In this document: positions 10,483-21,196 of the stretch, piece by piece | Layout: every line of letters starts with the position of its first letter | How positions within the stretch are numbered: position 1 is the first letter of the stretch | Assembly (NCBI GenBank): GCA_965214095.1 | Contig: OZ243938.1 | Span: 3,712,001-3,776,000, forward strand | DNA length: 64,000 nucleotides | Source of the DNA: Candidatus Poribacteria bacterium | GTDB taxonomy: Bacteria > Poribacteria > WGA-4E > WGA-3G | Reading direction: 5' to 3' | Position numbers and translations under genes: made by a program | Notes under the pieces: model-generated | What the model was told of the DNA's origin: nothing | Seen by the model: the letters and a program-made list of their open reading frames with translations, nothing else | Databases searched by the model: none

Positions 10483-10580
10483 ACGAAGGTAGTGAAGATT
10501 TTCGTGCCATCCTTCTCATCTTTACGTTTCCATTTACAAAAATCCGCGTCCTCTGTGTCTTCCGCGATTCAGACAAAATG

Positions 10581-10609
10581 TTGCGTACTCCAGAGAGATA
10601 TCGTATAAT
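10581..10609 (+). promoter_or_regulatory. Sigma70-type promoter for the 10702 gene and rtcB
   Basis: TTGCGT-N17-TATAAT. Confidence 0.55.
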
Positions 10610-10701
10610 AGAATCTGACTTAAACATTCTGTTGTAGGTGGGATGTGCATTGAGTTATAACGTTTCCTACACTCAAATTTTTTCTAAGGAGAGTATCTTA
10701 C

Positions 10702-11307
10702 ATGGCGTATAGCAATTTTACCTTAGAGGAAGCGTGCAAGATATTTCACCTCAAAACAGACGAAGCTGCTGGCATCTTTGCGAATGTAGAACCTGTTCCC
10801 CCAAGTACACTTCTCACCACGGTGTTGGAGCGAAATGTGCCATTAGCGTTTGCTATAGGCACTGAGAAGGCAAAATCAGAACTGATTGTTGCCTTCGTTC
10901 TGGTTGAGCTCCGGGAACACTTTGAGCGACGCATCAGTTTTTTTTCTGGGATTGACTTTAACGTGGATGCCGAAGACGGGCTCACCGGGGTTTGCGATTT
11001 TTTGGTAAGCTTATCTCCGGAACAGTTTTATTTGGAAGCCCCTGCCCTAATCCTCGTTGAGGCAAAAAAGGATGATCTGACATCAGGACTCGGTCAGTGC
11101 GTTGCGGAAATGGTCGCTGCACAACGTTTTAACGCAGAAGAAGGGAATGACATCGCTTGCATTTATGGAACCATCACATCCGGGATAGATTGGCTTTTCC
11201 TCAAATTGGAGGGAAAGAAACTCTACATTGACATGAATGCCTATCAAATTTCACAGTGCGATACGATCCTGGGGATTCTCGCAAGTATGGTGGCACAAAA
11301 AGCGTGA
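10702..11307 (+). CDS. Hypothetical protein, restriction-endonuclease-like (PD-(D/E)xK) fold
   Basis: CDFLVS...ILVEAKK...GLGQCVAEM pattern; AAGGAG RBS. Confidence 0.6.
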   Translation: MAYSNFTLEEACKIFHLKTDEAAGIFANVEPVPPSTLLTTVLERNVPLAFAIGTEKAKSELIVAFVLVELREHFERRISFFSGIDFNVDAEDGLTGVCDFLVSLSPEQFYLEAPALILVEAKKDDLTSGLGQCVAEMVAAQRFNAEEGNDIACIYGTITSGIDWLFLKLEGKKLYIDMNAYQISQCDTILGILASMVAQKA

Positions 11308-11346
11308 GAAAAATAAATAATAAAGTACACAGTGGAAAGGACCATC

Positions 11347-12801
11347 ATGGCACAAAACATAACACTCCAAAAAATAGATGATTACAGGTGGCGTATTCCT
11401 AAAAGTTATATGAAAGGTATGCGTGTTGACGGAATTATCTATGCCAATGAGAAACTTCTGAATCAGGCAAAAAGTAATGAAGCATTGCAGCAAGTTGCAA
11501 ACGTCGCACATCTTCCCGGTATCGTTAAACACTCACTTGCCATGCCAGACTTACATTGGGGATACGGGTTTGTGATTGGTGGCGTGGCAGCAACGGATCC
11601 AAAAGCCGATGGTGTTGTTTCTCCCGGTGGCATCGGTTATGACATTAATTGCGGGGTGCGATTAATCCGAAGCAACCTTAATGCCAAACAATTAGAAGGT
11701 AAAACCAAAGGACTCATCGGTGAACTCTTTGACAATGTCCCTTGCGGTGTGGGTTCCAAAGGTAAGATTCAACTCTCACTCAATGAAGAACGGTATATGT
11801 TAGAAAAAGGTGCAAGTTGGGCAATTGAGCGAGAATACGGACATCCGCAAGATCTGCAATATACTGAAGCATCTGGTTTTCTTGATCACGCCAACGCAGA
11901 CGCTGCGAGCCAGCGCGCTTTAGAACGTGGTAAGAATCAACTGGGTACTCTCGGTTCAGGTAATCATTTCCTTGAGGTACAAGTGGTTGACCGTATCTTT
12001 TACCGTGAAGCTGCGGATGCGATGGGTTTGAGTGAAGGCAACGTCTGTGTCATGATTCATACCGGTTCACGTGGATTCGGTTATCAGATTTGTGATGAGC
12101 ATGTTAAGAGTTGGGTTCAGGTTGCTGAAAGGTATGGGATAAACCTACCTGACCGTCAACTTGCTTCTGCTCCAATCAACTCGCCAGAGGGACAAGATTA
12201 TATTACTGCTATGGCGTGTAGTGCGAATTATGCGTGGAACAATCGGCAATGTATTATGCACCTTGTTCGACAGACCTTTATGAAGTATTTTGATACGACA
12301 GAAGATGAGCTCGGTTTGGAACTTGTCTATGATGTCGCACACAACATCGGTAAGTTTGAAAAGCATAAAGTTGATGGTAAGGAACGCGAGTTGTTTATCC
12401 ACCGCAAAGGTGCGACCCGTGCGTTTCCTGCTGGACATCCAGAAATACCTGCAAAATATCAAAAGGTCGGACAACCTGTGTTGATACCTGGTGATATGGG
12501 AACTGCATCTTACGTTTTGGTGGGTAATCCGGGTGCGATGGCTGAGACATTTGGCACAACATGTCACGGTGCGGGTAGGGTGCTCTCACGCAGGAAAGCG
12601 ATAGAGTTGACTAAAGGAAAATCCATCAAGGATGATCTTGAGAAGAAAGGGATCTATGTGCGTGCCGAAGGCAAACGCACCTTACAGGAAGAGGTGTCTG
12701 AGGCATATAAGGATGTTGATGAGGTAGTGCGAGTTGTTGATGAAGCGGGATTATCTCGTCGTGTTGCGCGCCTTCGTCCGATTGGGGTTGTGAAGGGGTA
12801 A
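11347..12801 (+). CDS. rtcB: RtcB RNA-splicing/repair ligase
   Basis: MPDLHWGYGF, GYDINCG, QLGTLGSGNHFLE, HTGSRG, HRKGAT and HGAGR motifs. Confidence 0.95.
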   Translation: MAQNITLQKIDDYRWRIPKSYMKGMRVDGIIYANEKLLNQAKSNEALQQVANVAHLPGIVKHSLAMPDLHWGYGFVIGGVAATDPKADGVVSPGGIGYDINCGVRLIRSNLNAKQLEGKTKGLIGELFDNVPCGVGSKGKIQLSLNEERYMLEKGASWAIEREYGHPQDLQYTEASGFLDHANADAASQRALERGKNQLGTLGSGNHFLEVQVVDRIFYREAADAMGLSEGNVCVMIHTGSRGFGYQICDEHVKSWVQVAERYGINLPDRQLASAPINSPEGQDYITAMACSANYAWNNRQCIMHLVRQTFMKYFDTTEDELGLELVYDVAHNIGKFEKHKVDGKERELFIHRKGATRAFPAGHPEIPAKYQKVGQPVLIPGDMGTASYVLVGNPGAMAETFGTTCHGAGRVLSRRKAIELTKGKSIKDDLEKKGIYVRAEGKRTLQEEVSEAYKDVDEVVRVVDEAGLSRRVARLRPIGVVKG

Positions 12802-12877
12802 ATATATCAAATATTTGTTTTATTTTAAGACGCGCATACGATTCATCCTAATGATTCTGTATGAAGAAAACAGGACC

Positions 12878-13357
12878 TTATTCCATATAAAACAGATGGC
12901 TGCGTTCAAAAACACCATCAAGTTTTACCTCTACAATCCAGTAACCTGATGCAAACCGTTCCCCACTCAATCCGCCTGTCGGAGCATCAATATAAAACCA
13001 TGTGATCTTCTCTCCTGTTGTGGAGGAAAAAGTTCTTTTTTCTGTATGATATGGGGGATCGTCCAAATCATCAGCAGGAGAGATCCATGATACCTCCACT
13101 TGGTGTGTATCATCAATATTTCCCCATAAAATCCATAAGAACACCTTATCATCTAATTCTGAATCAAATGAATCAGTAATATCTTGCGGTCTGTCATTTG
13201 TAACTTCAACAGCCATAACAGAGTCTATTATTTTCGGTTCGCCTCTTGCAACATCAATAACCCCGCTACCGCCAGATGTAGTTTCTTCACAACCCGTCAA
13301 CACAAAGGTAAATGCAACCAACAGTATTGCGCTAAATGTAATATAGTAAGACTTCAT
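12878..13357 (-). CDS. Hypothetical lipoprotein
   Basis: Signal peptide with LTGC lipobox; AGGAG RBS. Confidence 0.7.
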   Translation of the reverse strand: MKSYYITFSAILLVAFTFVLTGCEETTSGGSGVIDVARGEPKIIDSVMAVEVTNDRPQDITDSFDSELDDKVFLWILWGNIDDTHQVEVSWISPADDLDDPPYHTEKRTFSSTTGEKITWFYIDAPTGGLSGERFASGYWIVEVKLDGVFERSHLFYME

Positions 13358-13472
13358 TTTAAATTCTCCTACAACAATAGTATATTCTGATTGTTAACAC
13401 ATATAAATGTAAACGTAGTTTGTTCTTTTAGGTTTACATACCAATATTCATTTTCAAGTGTTATATTATTGA

Positions 13473-13501
13473 TTGACAAAGACAATCATAAGATGTAAAA
13501 T
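13473..13501 (+). promoter_or_regulatory. Sigma70-type promoter
   Basis: TTGACA-N17-TAAAAT upstream of the ThuA-PhyH-argH-pyrF-sulfatase run. Confidence 0.65.
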
Positions 13502-13558
13502 TAAGGAAAATATATTGTCGTTTATAGGATTATACACAATAAGAATCAAGGAGCGTAT

Positions 13559-14362
13559 ATGTCAACAAAAACAAGAATAGTGTTCGTTGCTGGTGGTGCA
13601 AGTCATGGAAGTGGTTCGCATGAACATCCAGGCGGATGTGAATTTTTAGCAGATCAATTGAACAAAGCCATTGAAGGTATGGATGCAGTTGTTCATCAAG
13701 GATGGCCCTCAGAACCAACGATTTTTGACAGGACAGATGCCATAATTGTCTACTCGGATGGTGGTGGCGGACATCTATGTATTCCTCATCTTGAACAGAT
13801 TTCAGAATTAACATCTAAAGGCATGGGGCTTGCAATGCTTCACTATGCCGTTGAAGTGCCGAAGGGTGATCCGGGGAATTGTTTCCTTGATTGGATCGGT
13901 GGTTATTTTGAGACACATCTGTCTGTGAATCCACACTGGACAGCAGAATTCACATCATTTCCAGAACATCCAATAACACAAGGATTGAAGCCGTTTTCTT
14001 CGGACGATGAATGGTATTATCACATGCGGTTTCGTGATAATATGAACGGTGTAACACCTGTCTTGAGTGCAATTGCTCCAGATTCAACAATGACAAGACC
14101 TGATGGTCCTCATAGCGGCAATCCACATGTTCGTGCCTCCGTTGCGAACAAGGAACTACAACATCTTGGGTGGTGTGTAGAACGTCCGGATGGTGGACGC
14201 GGATTCGGTTTTACAGGTGGTCATTATCATAAGAATTGGGGTGATGATAACATTCGTAGGTTTATCCTCAACGCAATTGCTTGGACTGCAAGCGTGGATA
14301 TTCCAGAAGGTGGTATCTCAACATCTACTCCGACAGAAAAAGAATTGAATTCGTATCTGTAA
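13559..14362 (+). CDS. ThuA domain (class I glutamine amidotransferase-like) protein
   Basis: SHGSGSHEH, HPITQG, DEWYY and GRGFGFTGGH motifs. Confidence 0.8.
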   Translation: MSTKTRIVFVAGGASHGSGSHEHPGGCEFLADQLNKAIEGMDAVVHQGWPSEPTIFDRTDAIIVYSDGGGGHLCIPHLEQISELTSKGMGLAMLHYAVEVPKGDPGNCFLDWIGGYFETHLSVNPHWTAEFTSFPEHPITQGLKPFSSDDEWYYHMRFRDNMNGVTPVLSAIAPDSTMTRPDGPHSGNPHVRASVANKELQHLGWCVERPDGGRGFGFTGGHYHKNWGDDNIRRFILNAIAWTASVDIPEGGISTSTPTEKELNSYL

Positions 14363-14435
14363 TAGTTGTTTATTTGTAACGGTATCTGAGAAAAGGATAG
14401 GGTCAAACCCATGTTTGGCAACTCAGGAGTTAAAT

Positions 14436-15290
14436 ATGGATCAAGAACAACTTGATTATCTATTTGATCTACAAGGTTATCTTGTTTTAGAAAATGCAAT
14501 TTCCCAAGAGGATCTTGATAAGATAAACGAATGGATTGATGCACATTGGGACTATGTTGAGGAACCGTGGGAACCAGACTCTGATAATAGACGTATTCCG
14601 AAATGGATTGGCAATATTGAAACGCATACCTATAACATTGAGAATGGTGTCAATTTTCAGAATATCATTGAGGGTGGCGAGGTATTTGAAAAATTAATTG
14701 ACCATCCCGCGTGGGTAAATCACATTAGGAAATATGTTCATGAGGTGAATGGTTTATCCATACACGAGAATTTCCTGAATGTGCGTGGTCCCGGTGGTTT
14801 CATTCATATTCACTGCGGGGGACATGTGCCGTTGAGTTATTTGACATTTCGTCAAATCAATACAGGTGAATGGCTTGTTGGACAGATTAATGTCTTGATG
14901 GCAATTAACGATATTGGCCCCGGAGACGGTGCTCCTGTATTAATTCCCGGTAGTCATAAATCTGCTGAGATTCACCCGCGTTTGAAACATGATGGGAAAG
15001 GCATAGTCTACGATGGCATTAGCGGAAAACCTGCTGGTACTGCCTTTGCTACACAAGAGGTGCATTTGAAGGCAGGGGATGTTGTGATGTTCACAGATGC
15101 CATTACACACGGCTCTGCAGAACGGACTAATCCTGGGTATCGTAGGTCAATTGTCTATCGTTATTCACCTAAATATGTCCGTGAACGTTTTGACTATCCG
15201 CATTCACATGAGTTGTTAGGTCGATTGACACCTGATCAACGTAAGATTATCCAACCGAATGCGCCACGTAGACCTCCGCAAGTTGGGTAA
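14436..15290 (+). CDS. Phytanoyl-CoA dioxygenase (PhyH) family protein
   Basis: FDLQGYLVLENA, LIPGSHKS and LKAGDVVMFTDAITHGS motifs; ATG after AGGAG. Confidence 0.85.
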   Translation: MDQEQLDYLFDLQGYLVLENAISQEDLDKINEWIDAHWDYVEEPWEPDSDNRRIPKWIGNIETHTYNIENGVNFQNIIEGGEVFEKLIDHPAWVNHIRKYVHEVNGLSIHENFLNVRGPGGFIHIHCGGHVPLSYLTFRQINTGEWLVGQINVLMAINDIGPGDGAPVLIPGSHKSAEIHPRLKHDGKGIVYDGISGKPAGTAFATQEVHLKAGDVVMFTDAITHGSAERTNPGYRRSIVYRYSPKYVRERFDYPHSHELLGRLTPDQRKIIQPNAPRRPPQVG

Positions 15291-15302
15291 GACCTGATAA
15301 AC

Positions 15303-16793
15303 ATGAAAACCTCACATAAAACACTTTGGAGTGGACGATTTAGTTCAAATCTTACTTCAGAAACAGTCGCCTTCACACACTCTATTGAAGCAGATATACG
15401 TCTTATCGGATACGATATATGGGGAAGTCAAGCACATGCGATTATGCTTGCCCGGCAAAATATTATATCCGATGCTGATCTAAAAGAGATACTCTATTGG
15501 CTACGCAAAGCAGAGGATGATTACCAAAACGGAACATTAACTCTTGATCCAAATAAAGAAGATGTGCACATGAATGTGGAGTCTTATCTGATAGAGAATG
15601 CAAGGATTGAATTCGGTGGAAAGTTGCATACTGCACGGTCTCGTAATGATCAAGTACTTGTTGATGCGCGACTCTATATTCGGGATGAGATTCTGAATGT
15701 CAATCGTGGTATTTCTACACTGTGTGATGCATTTCTAAGTATTGCAAAAGAACATGTTGATACGGTCATGCCGGGGTATACGCATACGCAACACGCACAA
15801 CCGATAAGTCTCGGTTTCTGGGCAACTGCTTATGTGAGTATGTTTCTCAGAGACCAAAAACGTTTACAGGCAGCTTACGAACTTGTCAACACAAATCCTC
15901 TTGGTGCGTGCGCGCTTGCTGGTACAACCTTCCCTATTGACAGAAACATTACCACAGATCTACTCGGTTTTGATTCCACACATGAACATGCACTTGATGT
16001 TATCAGTAGTCGGGATTTCATTGCAGAAACGCTCTTTGCTTTGTCTCTTATAATGGCAAATTTATCACGAATTAGCGAAGAATTAGTCTATTGGACAACT
16101 TACGAATTCGGTATTGCAGAACTTGACGATGCGTATAGTTCGGGAAGTTCCATTATGCCGCAAAAAAAGAATGCGGACATTGCGGAACTGACGCGCGGAC
16201 GTACAGGACGTGTTTATGGGGCATTGATGGATCTGTTGACCAACCTAAAAGGATTGCCTTTAGGTTACAACCGAGATTTTCAAGAGGATAAACCACCACT
16301 GTGGGAAGCGTTTGATATTGTGAAGGCATGTCTCGGTATTCTACCAAATCTGCTCAATACAACTGAATTCAAGACGGATCGTATGACCGATTTAGTAAAT
16401 GCAAACTTTGCTACTGCCACTGAGTTAGCAAATTATCTGGTGAAAGAGCATCAGATTAGTTTCCGTGAGTCTCACGAGATTGTAGGGTGGATTGTTGGGG
16501 AGTTGGTTCAACAAGAGCAGACGTTCTTGGATTGGGAATTAACCCAAAACCTTCTGAAACAGAAAGATATAGATTTACCTATATCTGAACTGCAGCAGAT
16601 TTTGGACGCAGAATTGGCAATTCAGAATAACCAGAGTCTTGGTGGCACTTCACCCGCGGAGGTGTCTCGGATGATAGATAGTTTTGAGGAACAACTGAAC
16701 GAGAATGCAAAGCACATCTACACTTGTCAGACGCAAATTGAAAATGCGATAAACGAGACACAACGAATCGTAGAAGAGACATTAGCGGAATAA
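15303..16793 (+). CDS. argH: Argininosuccinate lyase
   Basis: LWSGRF, EDVH, LHTARSRNDQV, MPGYTH and GSSIMPQKKN motifs. Confidence 0.95.
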   Translation: MKTSHKTLWSGRFSSNLTSETVAFTHSIEADIRLIGYDIWGSQAHAIMLARQNIISDADLKEILYWLRKAEDDYQNGTLTLDPNKEDVHMNVESYLIENARIEFGGKLHTARSRNDQVLVDARLYIRDEILNVNRGISTLCDAFLSIAKEHVDTVMPGYTHTQHAQPISLGFWATAYVSMFLRDQKRLQAAYELVNTNPLGACALAGTTFPIDRNITTDLLGFDSTHEHALDVISSRDFIAETLFALSLIMANLSRISEELVYWTTYEFGIAELDDAYSSGSSIMPQKKNADIAELTRGRTGRVYGALMDLLTNLKGLPLGYNRDFQEDKPPLWEAFDIVKACLGILPNLLNTTEFKTDRMTDLVNANFATATELANYLVKEHQISFRESHEIVGWIVGELVQQEQTFLDWELTQNLLKQKDIDLPISELQQILDAELAIQNNQSLGGTSPAEVSRMIDSFEEQLNENAKHIYTCQTQIENAINETQRIVEETLAE

Positions 16794-16808
16794 ACTCTAT
16801 ATGGAGAA

Positions 16809-17528
16809 ATGAAATTGAAGAACAAATTGATAGTTGCACTGGATATGGATGACGGTGAAGAAATTGATTGGCTATCTGGAACGCTCATGGATATAGTCGG
16901 TTGGTTTAAGATGGGCTTTCAAGCGTTCAGTACGCTTGGTATGGAAGCTTTTCCATGGTTCAAACAGAACGGATATAGAACTTTTGTTGACCTGAAATTC
17001 CACGACATCCCGAACACAGTAGCGCGTGATGTCGGCATGATGACGAAACATGGCGCAAATATGATTAACATGCATGCTTCCGGTGGACTTGAGATGATGC
17101 AAACTGCAAGAAGCAGCGCAGATGATGCCGCATACAAAGCAAGTATTCCAAGACCTATTCTACTCGGTGTGACAATTCTGACGAGTATTGATGAAACCGG
17201 ATTTCAGCAAAATTTCGGTTCAGAACGGCAACTGACAGACCAAGTAGTCTTTCTCGCACAATTAGCACAGGCAGCCGGATTAGACGGTGTTGTGGCATCC
17301 CCGTTGGAGATTGAACCGATACGAAAAGCATGCGGTGACAAATTTTTGATAGTCACACCAGGGATACGACCGGAATGGGCAGAGATAGGAGATCAACGGC
17401 GCATTACAACACCTGCTGAAGCCATAAATCGTGGAGCAGACTTCATTGTTGTTGGAAGACCGATTATTGAAGCTGATAATCCGTCAGAGGCAGCTGAAAG
17501 AATTTTAGATGAAATGAAAGGGGTATAA
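16809..17528 (+). CDS. pyrF: Orotidine-5'-phosphate decarboxylase
   Basis: LIVALD, DLKFHDIPNTV, VTPGIR and IVVGRPI motifs. Confidence 0.96.
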   Translation: MKLKNKLIVALDMDDGEEIDWLSGTLMDIVGWFKMGFQAFSTLGMEAFPWFKQNGYRTFVDLKFHDIPNTVARDVGMMTKHGANMINMHASGGLEMMQTARSSADDAAYKASIPRPILLGVTILTSIDETGFQQNFGSERQLTDQVVFLAQLAQAAGLDGVVASPLEIEPIRKACGDKFLIVTPGIRPEWAEIGDQRRITTPAEAINRGADFIVVGRPIIEADNPSEAAERILDEMKGV

Positions 17529-17532
17529 CTGT

Positions 17533-18969
17533 ATGAATATTGTATGTATCTGTTTAGACACTTTTAGAGCAGACATCATCGGTGAAGGCAAGAAGTTCAG
17601 TCATGTGCAGACACCGAACCTTGATGCGTTTGCCTCGGACAGTGTCCGTTTTACGCGCGCTTTTGGTGAAGGTCAACCGACGTTACAGATACGAAGGGGT
17701 AACTTCACTGGCATGCGGAGTTTTCCGTGGAAATATAACTTTGATCGTCGTGGACATTGGCATCACGCACCCGGTTGGCACAAAATACCACCCGAACAGG
17801 ATACCATCGCTGAGGTGCTTTTGGAACGCGGGTATCTGACGGCTCTGATTGCAGATACGTATCACATGTTCAAACCGACAATGAACTTCTCTCGCGGTTT
17901 TGCACATTTTGATTTTATCCGTGGACAGGAATCAGATAATTGGCATAGCGGGGATCCGAGGCTGATTGAGGACACTCTCAAAAAGCATGTTCGCGAACCT
18001 ATCAACTGGCAACGACATGTGGGAATTGTGAATTATCTTTTGTCGCAACGGCATCGTCAATCGGAAGACGACTATAGTTGTGCTCGTGTTTTCCGTGCTG
18101 CTGCTGATTGGCTTGAAGATAATCACACTGTCGGTCCTTTCTTTTTATGGGTGGATAGTTTCGACCCGCATGAACCTTGGGATCCACCGAAATCCTATGC
18201 AGATATTTATATGCCGGACTACACAGGTAAAGACTTTATCACTCCCGGCAGTGCGAATGAAGGTGGCGGACCTTCTGAGGAGGAACGGGACAGGATTGAA
18301 GCACTCTATTTCGGTGAAGTGACCTTTGTGGATAAATGGGTTGGTGTGTTGTTGGATAAGATTGAAGCACTTAATATGCGTGATGAGACGATTATTGTAG
18401 TTATGTCTGACCATGGAACGCAAATGCGCGACCATGGGAGTTTTGGTAAAGGTGCGAACAAACTCCATCCTTTCAATACACAACTAAACCTGATGATTCG
18501 TCATCCTTCAGGACCGCATGACAAGGAGATATTTGCTTTTGTGCAAAACCACGATCTGATGCCGACACTGCTCAATCTTGTTGGCATTCCATGCGGATGG
18601 ACTGATGGTGAGGATATGTGGCAACTCGTTACGCAAAAGAAAGCGTATCTACGTGAACGTATCATCAATGGTTGGGCAGGTTTTGCAACTGGCAATGCAG
18701 TTGGACGTGTGAGTGTGCGAGATGACCATTGGAATTTCTGCACTTCTGTTGGATATAAAGATAATAAAGGAGATGAACTTTTTGACATTCTAAACGATTC
18801 TGATGAAAGGAATAACGTTGCGAGTGATCATCCTGAAGTTGTATCTGAACGTCGTAGAGATATAGAAGCATTGATAGGACAACAGTTGCCGGGACATTTC
18901 ATTGAGGTTTGTGATCCTGGACATGCCCCGATGCGGGTGTGGTTGCAGAAGAAGTTGGCTGAGATGTAA
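17533..18969 (+). CDS. Sulfatase/alkaline-phosphatase superfamily hydrolase with a non-canonical active site
   Basis: LDTFRAD, TPNLD, DPHEPWDPP and SDHG motifs; PTLQIRR stands where C/SxPxR is expected. Confidence 0.8.
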   Translation: MNIVCICLDTFRADIIGEGKKFSHVQTPNLDAFASDSVRFTRAFGEGQPTLQIRRGNFTGMRSFPWKYNFDRRGHWHHAPGWHKIPPEQDTIAEVLLERGYLTALIADTYHMFKPTMNFSRGFAHFDFIRGQESDNWHSGDPRLIEDTLKKHVREPINWQRHVGIVNYLLSQRHRQSEDDYSCARVFRAAADWLEDNHTVGPFFLWVDSFDPHEPWDPPKSYADIYMPDYTGKDFITPGSANEGGGPSEEERDRIEALYFGEVTFVDKWVGVLLDKIEALNMRDETIIVVMSDHGTQMRDHGSFGKGANKLHPFNTQLNLMIRHPSGPHDKEIFAFVQNHDLMPTLLNLVGIPCGWTDGEDMWQLVTQKKAYLRERIINGWAGFATGNAVGRVSVRDDHWNFCTSVGYKDNKGDELFDILNDSDERNNVASDHPEVVSERRRDIEALIGQQLPGHFIEVCDPGHAPMRVWLQKKLAEM

Positions 18970-19004
18970 TTTAACGTGAGTTTGACAATTCAAATATATT
19001 GAAT

Positions 19005-19032
19005 CGGTACGGTTAGGAAATCGTACCTACCG
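19005..19032. repeat. REP-like palindrome
   Basis: CGGTACGGTTAGGAAATCGTACCTACCG between convergent genes. Confidence 0.7.
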
Positions 19033-19046
19033 AGTTATTGATCAAT

Positions 19047-21035
19047 CTAATTGTCATTCAACCGTTGCTGAACTTTTTCCCAATCCCAAATTAAGATTAC
19101 ACCAGAATCCCTGCCACTAATCAGCAAATTGTTTTCTACAGACAATTTGACTATACTTGTGAACTGTGGGTTGATTGTAATAAGTTTATCCGAATGTAGA
19201 TCGTATAATTTCAGACCATCCCGTGCTGCGATAATGAGGATGTTCCCATCAGGTGAAAAAGTTAACTCTTGGATAATAGCATTTTTATGTTGTTTGATGT
19301 GCTTGAGTTGCGTTCCCGATTGGACATGCCACAAAAATAGTTGATAACTTCCACTTGCAAGGACTTGATTATTCGGAGAGAAGGCGAAAGCGTTTACACG
19401 CCATCTGTGTCCTTCAAGCGTATGTATAGTCCTTGCATTTTCCACATCCCATACCCGAAACTCTTGGTCTCTACCACCCGTAGCAAGCTTTGTTCCATCT
19501 GGTGAAAACGCTAATGACCAGACCATTTGTGTATGTTCCTTTGCTGTGAATAGAATCTGTGGTGGTTGTTGCTTGTCAATAATATTCCAGACATGCACTG
19601 AATAGTCTTCCCCTCCTGCAGCCAACATACTTCCATCATTAGAGTATGCAAATCTGACATTCAATCCACTTCTCGGATAGTCTGCCAAGGAGAAATTTGA
19701 CAATCTTCTTAATGATTTTTCTGTGATTTCCCATAAAGCACAATTTCCAGATGTGCCGTGAGTTACACACGTCTTTCCATCTGGTGATACAACCAACGTA
19801 GATCCATCTATGTGTTTTTGATATGTTGAAGACAATTGGACACCAGTGTTGATATCCCATCGTCGTTGTTGAAAAACACCTGGAGGGTTGTATGGTTGAT
19901 TTAGCGTGGTAATGGAATCACCATCTTCAGATAGAGCGATATCCCTGATACCTTCAAGGTGACCTGTGCAAGTGTAAAGCTGATCTCCAGTGGTAGTATC
20001 CCAAGCCTGAATTGTTCCGTCTTTACTGGCAGTGAGTAATGTTTCTTCATCTGGAGAAAACGCGAATTTGTAGATATAATCCTCATGTTCTCTTAAAATC
20101 CTAATGCTCGTATATTCTCCGATAGTATCTCTTCGTGGGACGTTGACATCTGGTTTCTTTTGCCACAGTCTGACCCCGTTATAATGTCCACTTGCTATGA
20201 ATCTGCCCTTTGGTGAGTATGCCAGAGAGTGTGTTGATGTTCCTCTTCTCCATTTCATTGTAGACTTTATTTTTCCTGTTTCGGTGTCCCACATAAGAAT
20301 GGATTCATATTCGTCTCCACTTATGATTGTCTTACTATCTGGAGAGAAAGCGAGAGATTTGATCCATCTTTTATGACCATTGAGTGTGTACAATAGTCTA
20401 CCAGTGGATGCCTCATATAATTCGACTGGATATTCTTTGTGTTGCCAATTTGGTATTGCGATTGCAAGATATTGTCTATCTGGTGAGAGCTTCACCAACC
20501 ATGAATCACCCCAACTGTTATATGCTAATTTCATTTCTGTAATCAGAATTGGTGGAGCATCTGTGACTATCTCCCATATATTAACTATACCAAAATATCC
20601 AGCACAAGCGAGTTGTGTTGCATCATCTGAAAAGAAAAGTGAAGATATTCCGATAGGTGAAGGCATAGATGCAATGGCTTTATTCTCAGTGATGTTCCAT
20701 AATTGTACTTCTCCACGTCCTGACATACCTGTTGCAATTGCAAGGGTGTTTCCATCAGGTGAGAATGCAATTTTACCGACTCCTTTTCCTTCCTGTTTAA
20801 ACAGAGAAATTTCTTTTCCAGTATCTGCATTATAAATCCATATACCGATATTTGTGGAGGCGGCAAATTGTGTGCCATCTGGTGAAAATGTAATGTCATT
20901 TGCTCTGCCTTTTCCAATTCGCATTGTAGCACCATCGGGTAGATGCCATTTTGTGTAGTCTTGAGCAAATCCGATTGTATTGATTGCCGTTAAAAGGAGA
21001 ACAAATGCTATTTTGACAAGAGTCGGTTTATACAT
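19047..21035 (-). CDS. Secreted WD40-repeat protein
   Basis: Many AFSPDG/GH..W repeats; signal peptide; start moved to the ATG at 21035 (AAGGA RBS). Confidence 0.9.
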   Translation of the reverse strand: MYKPTLVKIAFVLLLTAINTIGFAQDYTKWHLPDGATMRIGKGRANDITFSPDGTQFAASTNIGIWIYNADTGKEISLFKQEGKGVGKIAFSPDGNTLAIATGMSGRGEVQLWNITENKAIASMPSPIGISSLFFSDDATQLACAGYFGIVNIWEIVTDAPPILITEMKLAYNSWGDSWLVKLSPDRQYLAIAIPNWQHKEYPVELYEASTGRLLYTLNGHKRWIKSLAFSPDSKTIISGDEYESILMWDTETGKIKSTMKWRRGTSTHSLAYSPKGRFIASGHYNGVRLWQKKPDVNVPRRDTIGEYTSIRILREHEDYIYKFAFSPDEETLLTASKDGTIQAWDTTTGDQLYTCTGHLEGIRDIALSEDGDSITTLNQPYNPPGVFQQRRWDINTGVQLSSTYQKHIDGSTLVVSPDGKTCVTHGTSGNCALWEITEKSLRRLSNFSLADYPRSGLNVRFAYSNDGSMLAAGGEDYSVHVWNIIDKQQPPQILFTAKEHTQMVWSLAFSPDGTKLATGGRDQEFRVWDVENARTIHTLEGHRWRVNAFAFSPNNQVLASGSYQLFLWHVQSGTQLKHIKQHKNAIIQELTFSPDGNILIIAARDGLKLYDLHSDKLITINPQFTSIVKLSVENNLLISGRDSGVILIWDWEKVQQRLNDN

Positions 21036-21196
21036 TATTGAGTTCCTTCTACTGTATGATAATTCAAAATCCATCGGGTTAGAAACCCTTCCTACAAGTG
21101 TGATCACGAATAGGTAGCAACTTAGGTTATACTATCCATTTCTGAACATGGTAATTAGACATTTTATCTGCATATATATTTATTGATATTTGATAT

